The position numbers and the translations under genes were made by a program. A stretch of DNA of 64,000 nt from Hormiphora californensis (taxonomy: Eukaryota > Animalia > Ctenophora), in the NCBI GenBank assembly GCA_020137815.1, contig CM035350.1, positions 434,001-498,000 on the forward strand, written 5' to 3'. Within the stretch, counting starts at the first letter, position 1, and every line of letters starts with the position of its first letter. Below the pieces are notes generated by a model that ran no database searches, had not been told where the DNA came from, and worked only from the letters and a program-made list of their open reading frames with translations. Below are positions 34,197-64,000 of the stretch, one piece after another.

Positions 34197-35090
34197 CTAA
34201 GTGGGAGGTGTCATTGATGACATCCACCGCTCGCGCTTGCACTCGATACTCGATAGTGCTGGCGAAACGCGCAAGGAGCCTGGAGGTTCTAGGTGAATGC
34301 TCTGATGTGGTGTACATGATCGAGGAGATGATGGGAATGGGCTGGGAGGGCCGTTATGTCCTTTGGGGAGTTCGGTTAGCAGGGTCTGCCTTTCCGGGTT
34401 GTAGAGGTCACAGGTGTCGATCATATGGAGCTCGGTTTCCGTTGTGCTTATACCCATTGTGATGTTGCAGTATGGGCAGTTTCTATTCTCACGGGCGATT
34501 CCTTGGTGACGCCCTACTTCAATGTTAAGGGAGTTTGAGCTCATTCTCAGCTTGGCCAGGGCTGCTCGATGGGTAAAATTCGTTACATTAGTCAGGTAGG
34601 ATTGTACACCGTTTTCCCGGTCGAAGTTCTTATAGAAATCGAGTTTCCTTGAGGTTTCGAGTTTCCTTGAGGCTGATAATGTTGCTCCAGGCTTTGGAGT
34701 AAGTTGATGCAATTCTTTGGTGAATTAAGGGGACTCTGAAGATTCTACTTGGGGCATAGGTCTGTGCTCTGGCGGGTTTAACTTTTGGTAATCCCGGTTC
34801 TTTCCTCCATCATTCCTTGATTTCCAGGGCATCAAAGTGGTTCAATCTATAATAGAGGGGGTCAATGTTAAGGAGTCGAACTAATGATCTGTACCAGGGG
34901 AGTCCAAGCTTCTTCTGCTCATGATATGCAGCATTGACAGCCCGGTTGGATCGAGGGTTTTAATCCTGGATAGGTACTTGACGGTAATTTCGAGTGCTTC
35001 CACATTGAGGGGAATGGTATTACTATCACCCCAGATGGCTGTATTCTGTGTTTTGCTATGAACGCCTGTGAGCCATTTGTGACTCATGGT
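34197..35090 (-). pseudogene. Degenerate 3' fragment of a LINE ORF2 (RTEX/L2-like C-terminus)
   Basis: KLDFY..YL..RAALAKLRMSSNSLNIEVGRH..RENRNCPYC..ETELH...CDLY. Upstream broken frame has KWLTGVHSKTQNTAIWGD. Confidence 0.75.
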
Positions 35091-35109
35091 TTATACTTCT
35101 GGAACATTT

Positions 35110-35278
35110 GAGAGGATCTTGGTCCTTTAGGTAACGTTTTGCCTTTGAGAGGGTCTTGGTCGGGTAGGTGACATTTTGCCTTTGAGAGGGTCTTGGTCTT
35201 GAGAATAGGTAACGTTTTGCCTTTGAGGGAGTCTTGGTCGGGTAGGTAACATTTTGCCTTTGAGAGGGTCTTGGTCTG
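35110..35278. repeat. Minisatellite of 31-37-bp units (TAGGTAACGTTTTGCCTTTGAGAGGGTCTTGGTC)
   Basis: About five visible units. Confidence 0.85.
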
Positions 35279-36285
35279 GTTTGATATTTATCGTATGTTG
35301 GTCTGTCTGGGGCACACTCTCAAGCTATGTCTTGCCTTACTATATTGAATAATCAATTACAATAACAATAAACGAACAGACAATACGGACAGATGAACTT
35401 ACGACCTTGACGCGACGGAATATGATTGGTACCGTGATGTTGTTGGTGATGAGATGAAAGGTGTAAACATTTCCAATGGTGATAAATATAATCGAAAGTG
35501 ATCAAATCCAAACTAGGGGTTGGGCAAGTTGTAGCACCACTATAGATTGTAAATTGTTCTAGAAGACAATTCGGATGGGATAGATAAGAACATATGAAAC
35601 TCGATAGCTGATTTATCAGTCGTTTGAACATTTTGCACGCACATGATATCTGCTAGCTGGGGGATTTAACACCCTGCTCGCGTTTTAACAGTCCAGTTCC
35701 CTTTTTCTCGCGTTTCTCTTGATTTGAATAACAGGCGTGTAAAATTCCAAGTAATAGTTCCGTCAACAAGAGAGCCAACTTCATAACGCGCCAGTCTACA
35801 AATGTTCATAGTTCATTTGATATTTTTTACACGCGATAAGCACCAAAACACAAGGATTGTCTCTGTAGTATGCTGTTTAGCAATGTCCGCTATATTGGGA
35901 TGGGTGGGCGGGGAGGGTGGGTACTGGGTGCGGGTGGGGCGGTGGGTAATATTGCCTATTGGACCAAAATTTAGCTGTAATTTAGTGATGAGACTAGGCC
36001 AGGCCGAGAGTTCAATGGTAACTGGGAGGTCATGTGTGATGGAAATGAGAACTAGAGAGTTGCATTTTATTGAGGAAAATAACCCATTTTGGCGTCCCTT
36101 GATAGCACCTCTTTAACAGACTCTATCATTCTGAATACTATTCAGAATAGAACCCTCACCCAGTTTGGTCCGTGTGGGTCAGCTTTCTTGACAATATATA
36201 TATTTAATTGCGGCTCAGTGCAGCTACCCACCCTGGTAGTTTTGATTGGTTGATTGAATAGAGTCGCACTACTACCAACTCAGAG

Positions 36286-38787
36286 GGAAGTATGAAAGAT
36301 TAGGTCGTGCGCGCCAAATGGCGCCATCATTTTCGCCAAATGGCGCCATCATTTTCGTCATCATTTTCGTCATATGACGCTCGCCACTCAGCGCTGCGTG
36401 GCGCCATATGGCACCAAACGTCGCCATTTGGCGCCAAATGTCGCCAAATTTTTGTCAAATGTTTGTCGCCATTAGTCGCCAAACGTCGCCATATGGCGCC
36501 ATTTGTCGCCACTTGGCGCCGAACGTCGCCATTTGGCGCAAAATGTCGCCATATAGCGCCAAATGGCGACATATGGCGCAAACTGTTTGTCAAATGTTAG
36601 TCGCCATTTGGCGCCAAATGTCGCCATATGGCGCCAAACGTCGCCATTTGGCGCCAAATGTCGCCACATGGCGCCAAATTTTTGTCAAATGTTTGTCGCC
36701 ATTTGGCGCCAAATGTCGCCATAAAGCGCCAAATGGCGACATATGGCGCAAAATGTTTGACAAAAATTTGGCGCCAAATGGCGACGTTTGGCGATATTTG
36801 GCGCCAAATGGCGACTAACATTTGACAAACAGTTTGCGCCATATGTCGCCATTTGGCGCTATATGGCGACAGTTGGCGCCAAATGGCGACGTTCGGCGCC
36901 AAGTGGCGACAAATGGCGACAAAAATTAGACGCCAAATGGCGACATTTGGCGCTATATGGCGACATTTGGCGCTATATGGCGACATTTGGCGCCAAATGG
37001 CGACGTTCGGCGCCAAGTGGCGACAAATGGCGCCATATGGCAACAAATGGCGCCAAATGGCGACAAACATTTGACAAACATTTGACAATTAATCGCCAGA
37101 TGGCGCCACGTGGCGCAGAACGGCGAGTGTCCTACTTTGAAAACCAATAAAAATATTATTGTTACATCGATAATTTGCGCCAAATGGCGATGTTTTTTTT
37201 CAGACTTCATCTCATCGCCACGTGCCGATACTAGGGTGCGTCATTTTGCAAAAAAGTTTTCCGATTTGACTGAAACCTTCCCAGAAGTTGTTGACAGGTA
37301 CACAGAGAAGGACTGTGAAGTTTCAGCCCCCTACTCCAGCTCCTTACGGGTACAAAATGCTTTTTATGTGCATGGGAAGTGTTACTTCCCGCGCGCCCAT
37401 TTTGGCCCATTTTTGCCATTTTAGGATATCTAAAAAATCTACAAAAATTTCTAGTTGCTTCTTGGATTGCTAAGAGTCGTTTATAAGTCAAATAAAAGTA
37501 TTTAAACGAATTTTGTAAAAAAATAATTTTATTTTCCCCCCATTTTGGCAGGCTTGCACATGCATACTACACAAGGCTTCATTTCATATCCTTCCATTTG
37601 ACCTTTGCTGTTTTTTTTTCTTATACAGGCCCATAAACCCTCAGAGATACTAAAAGAAGTTAATAGAGGACCATAGAGACCCAGAGAGGCCCATAGAGAC
37701 CCATAATGGCCCCTATATACCCATAGAGGCCTATGCGGGATGGCATTGAGGTTCATAGAGGCCCCTTAGAGGGTCATAGAGACCAATTAAGGTCCATAGA
37801 GGCCCACACAGGCCACTAGAGCTTCATAGAGTCCCCTTAAAGGCCCATAGAGACCGACAGATGGTCTATATACTCTCTAAGGGGCCTCAAGAGGACTATA
37901 TAAGCCTCTAATGGCATCTACGGGCCTCTTTGAAGCTTTATGGACCTCTATGGGACTCTATGTGCATACATAAACCCTCTGTCGGTCTCTATGGGCCTTT
38001 AAGGGGACTCTATGAAGCTCTAGTGGCCTGTGTGGGCCTCTATGGACCTTAATTGGTCTCTATGACCCTCTAAGGGGCCTCTATGAACCTCAATGCCATC
38101 CCGCATAGGCCTCTATGGGTATATAGGGGCCATTATGGGTCTCTATGGGCCTCTCTGGGTCTCTATGGTCCTCTATTAACTTCTTTTAGCATCTCTGAGG
38201 GTTTATGGGCCTGTATATGAAAAACAACAGCAAAGGTCAAATGGAAGGATATGAAATGAAGCCTTGTGTAGTATGCAAGTGCAAGCCTGCCAAAAATGGG
38301 GGAAAAATAAAATTATTTTTTTTACAAAAATCGTTTAAATGCTTTTATTTGACTTATAAACGACTCTTAGCAATCCAAGAAGCAACTATAAATTTTTGTT
38401 GATTTTTTGGATGTCCTAAAGTGGCAAAAATGGGCGCGCGGGAAGTAACATTCCCATGCGCATAAAAAGCATTTTGTACCCGTAAGGAGTTGGAGTAGGG
38501 GGCTGAAACTTCACAGTCCTTCTCTGTGTACCTGTCCACAACTTCTGGGAAGGTTTCAGTCAAATCGGAAAACTTTTTGCAAAATGACGCACCCTAGCCG
38601 ATACCGCCAAGAGTCGCCAACATTTGGCGAATGGCGATCGCCACTGGCGCCACGTGGCGCCATATGACGCCAGAAATGGCGATAGTGCGCACTCGCCACA
38701 TTTTGGCGCCATTTGTTCGCCACGTGGCGCCATTTGGCGAAAATGATGGCGCCATTTGGCGCGCACGACCTAATCTTTCATACTACC
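36286..38787. mobile_element. TIR element filled with TGGCGCCA minisatellite, 8-bp TSD
   Basis: ACTCAGAG|GGAAGTATGAAAGATTAGGTCGTGCGCGCC ... GGCGCGCACGACCTAATCTTTCATACTACC|ACTCAGAG. Confidence 0.9.
37232..38596. mobile_element. hAT-like foldback element (~630-bp arms) nested in the previous element
   Basis: GCCGATAC|TAGGGTGCGTCATTTTGC ... GCAAAATGACGCACCCTA|GCCGATAC. 8-bp TSD and TAGGG termini. Confidence 0.92.
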
Positions 38788-39190
38788 ACTCAGAGTTCCA
38801 CTAGTCGCACTATAGTTGGTAGTAGTACTACCAACTGTGAGTTCCACTTGTCTGGACTTTCGAAAGAAAAAGGGCCGCTTGCTTTTAACACCCGGAGTAT
38901 CGATATGAGCTACATCGGAGCCACATACAGCACCATAGTTTTTAGTGCAGTGGCTGGGTAACACGGTAGACAACCACCAAGAAGAAGAGGAAGACCAGGA
39001 AGGATGGAGCAAGAGAAATTTTAATTTCTGAGTTGTTGGGATTTGGGAAAGACACAGCAATATCATGAATCATGTAATTGAATCGTACATAAGGTCAGCT
39101 CTAATTCGTGGTAACTGACACACGGAGATCAAGGTTGTTCACAATTTTGGTATGGCTGTATCGAGTTGGTATGGAAGTGATATAGAGGCT

Positions 39191-39668
39191 TTAAAGTGAG
39201 AGTGGACCGAATCAGAACCGGACAAGTTTGTTGTAGGTAGTAGAGATTAGCTTTCTGAGAATTTTGCGTTTTTGCCGCTCAAAATCGACCCACCCATCAC
39301 TGAGATATTTTTGTTATGTTGGGAGAACTCCTGTTTAATCAGTATGTATAAAACAGAACAGAAACAATCGTGGTGTTTTACTAACATATTCTGAATAAAA
39401 GCAGTGAGGTTGACATGTCCATGCACAGAAGCAGGGCAATGCAAGCCACCGTATTAAAAAATTTTAAGAATGTGTTAGTAAAACACAAGGATTGTTTCTA
39501 TCCTGTTTGTTAAATATTGATCCAGCAAGAATTCTCCCAACATAACAAAAATATCTCAGTGATGGGTGGGTCGATTTTGAGCGGCAAAAACACAAAATGC
39601 TCAGAAAGCTAATCTCTATTACCTACAACAAACTTGTCCAATTCTGATCCGGTCCACTCTCACTTTAA
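39191..39668. mobile_element. TTAA-flanked foldback MITE (Kolobok-like); fragment also at 41360-41472
   Basis: TTAA|AGTGAGAGTGGACCG ... CGGTCCACTCTCACT|TTAA with ~195-bp arms. Confidence 0.85.
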
Positions 39669-40548
39669 TACCCTCCATACCAACTAGGGTCTGACTGTGG
39701 TCTGAAACCCCCTTGGGGCACGGAGCTTTTCTGAATCACATTTTCGAGACGAATCCAACGCAACCGGAATTAGCTTTCTATCTTATCGGGAAGTTTAGGC
39801 TTGAGCATCTTCAATTTTGGTCAATTTTCGGTGCGCGAGCCAATCAGAGGCCTTTATTTCGAAATCCAGGCCTCTGATTAATAATCTATGAGTTGGTATG
39901 GAGGTCACTAAACCTCATAAAAGGACTCCATTCCAACACCCTCCATACCTATATTGGTATGGGGGATGTTGGTATGGAGGATGTTGGTATGTAAGTAGGG
40001 ATTCCGTTTTGGGGGGATGTGTGTATACGGTGTGTTTTGTGTGATATTACCCTAGCAAACGCGTGTACGCCGTTAGTTGCAAAAACGACGTCGTGTTCCT
40101 CCGTTAACCCTTTGAGGCCCATAGTGATTGGCTGAACAAAATTTTCTAATTTTTCCCAGATATACCCAGCATGATACTCTAAGATTAGGGGGAAAATAGT
40201 TTTCAAATCGGTTCATTACTTTTTCATGCGCGTTTACAATTAGGGTATTAAATGTTTTATAAGTTGCCCATAATTATTTTTCCAAGTAAAATTAGGAAAT
40301 AAATGGAATGGACTCACTCATCAAGGTGTTTAGGACTGTTTATTTACACCATATCCATATTATAATGAGTTTTATAATAATTTGGATGAGACATGATCAA
40401 TAAAATGGATCCCAATCATGACCCAAAATCGTAGGCTATGCAAAGACAGTGGGACACCCTCATGTATAAGTGGTCAATTCCTTTTTCATACTTTATTACA
40501 GAACTTTGTAAGATTTGTTTCTAAGTTCCTAACACATAACTTCCTGAG

Positions 40549-64000
<23,452 letters not shown>

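Noticed and set aside
36307-37210. Many overlapping repetitive ORFs (MAPNVAIWRQ...)
   Set aside because: Stop-free minisatellite inside a TIR element, open on both strands.

Overview
Eukaryotic, probably non-bilaterian animal DNA: GT-AG introns, many under 100 bp, and divergent T1-bearing Kv channels are compatible with a ctenophore, but the taxon is inference. I reconstructed five spliced genes by hand: two divergent Shaker-superfamily K+ channel subunits (3.7-6.2 kb and 29.1-33.8 kb, minus strand), a GAS2-type calponin-homology protein (17.6-20.6 kb, plus), a MICU2/3-like EF-hand protein (20.8-24.3 kb, minus) and the 3' two-thirds of a cGMP-dependent protein kinase (40.5-64.0 kb, minus). 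A 67-aa gene is possible. Much of the rest is mobile DNA: an intact RTE-clade LINE, a 5'-truncated RNase H LINE with a target-site duplication (TSD), Helitron derivatives, Penelope relics, a tRNA-derived SINE, and many MITE/foldback elements, some nested. Most notable: (1) a 2.2-unit perfect tandem array carrying a non-canonical tRNA-Thr-like Pol III unit, which has replaced about 45 bp of a host repeat with no TSD; (2) a Kv subunit whose selectivity filter reads MIGYGE instead of TVGYGD; (3) minimal hammerhead ribozyme motifs, one with the compensatory U3-A8 core; (4) a covarying terminal hairpin shared by several repeat families. About 58.2-59.2 kb looks like base-calling or assembly corruption. 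Coordinates were counted by eye and may be off by a few bases. No database searches were run.
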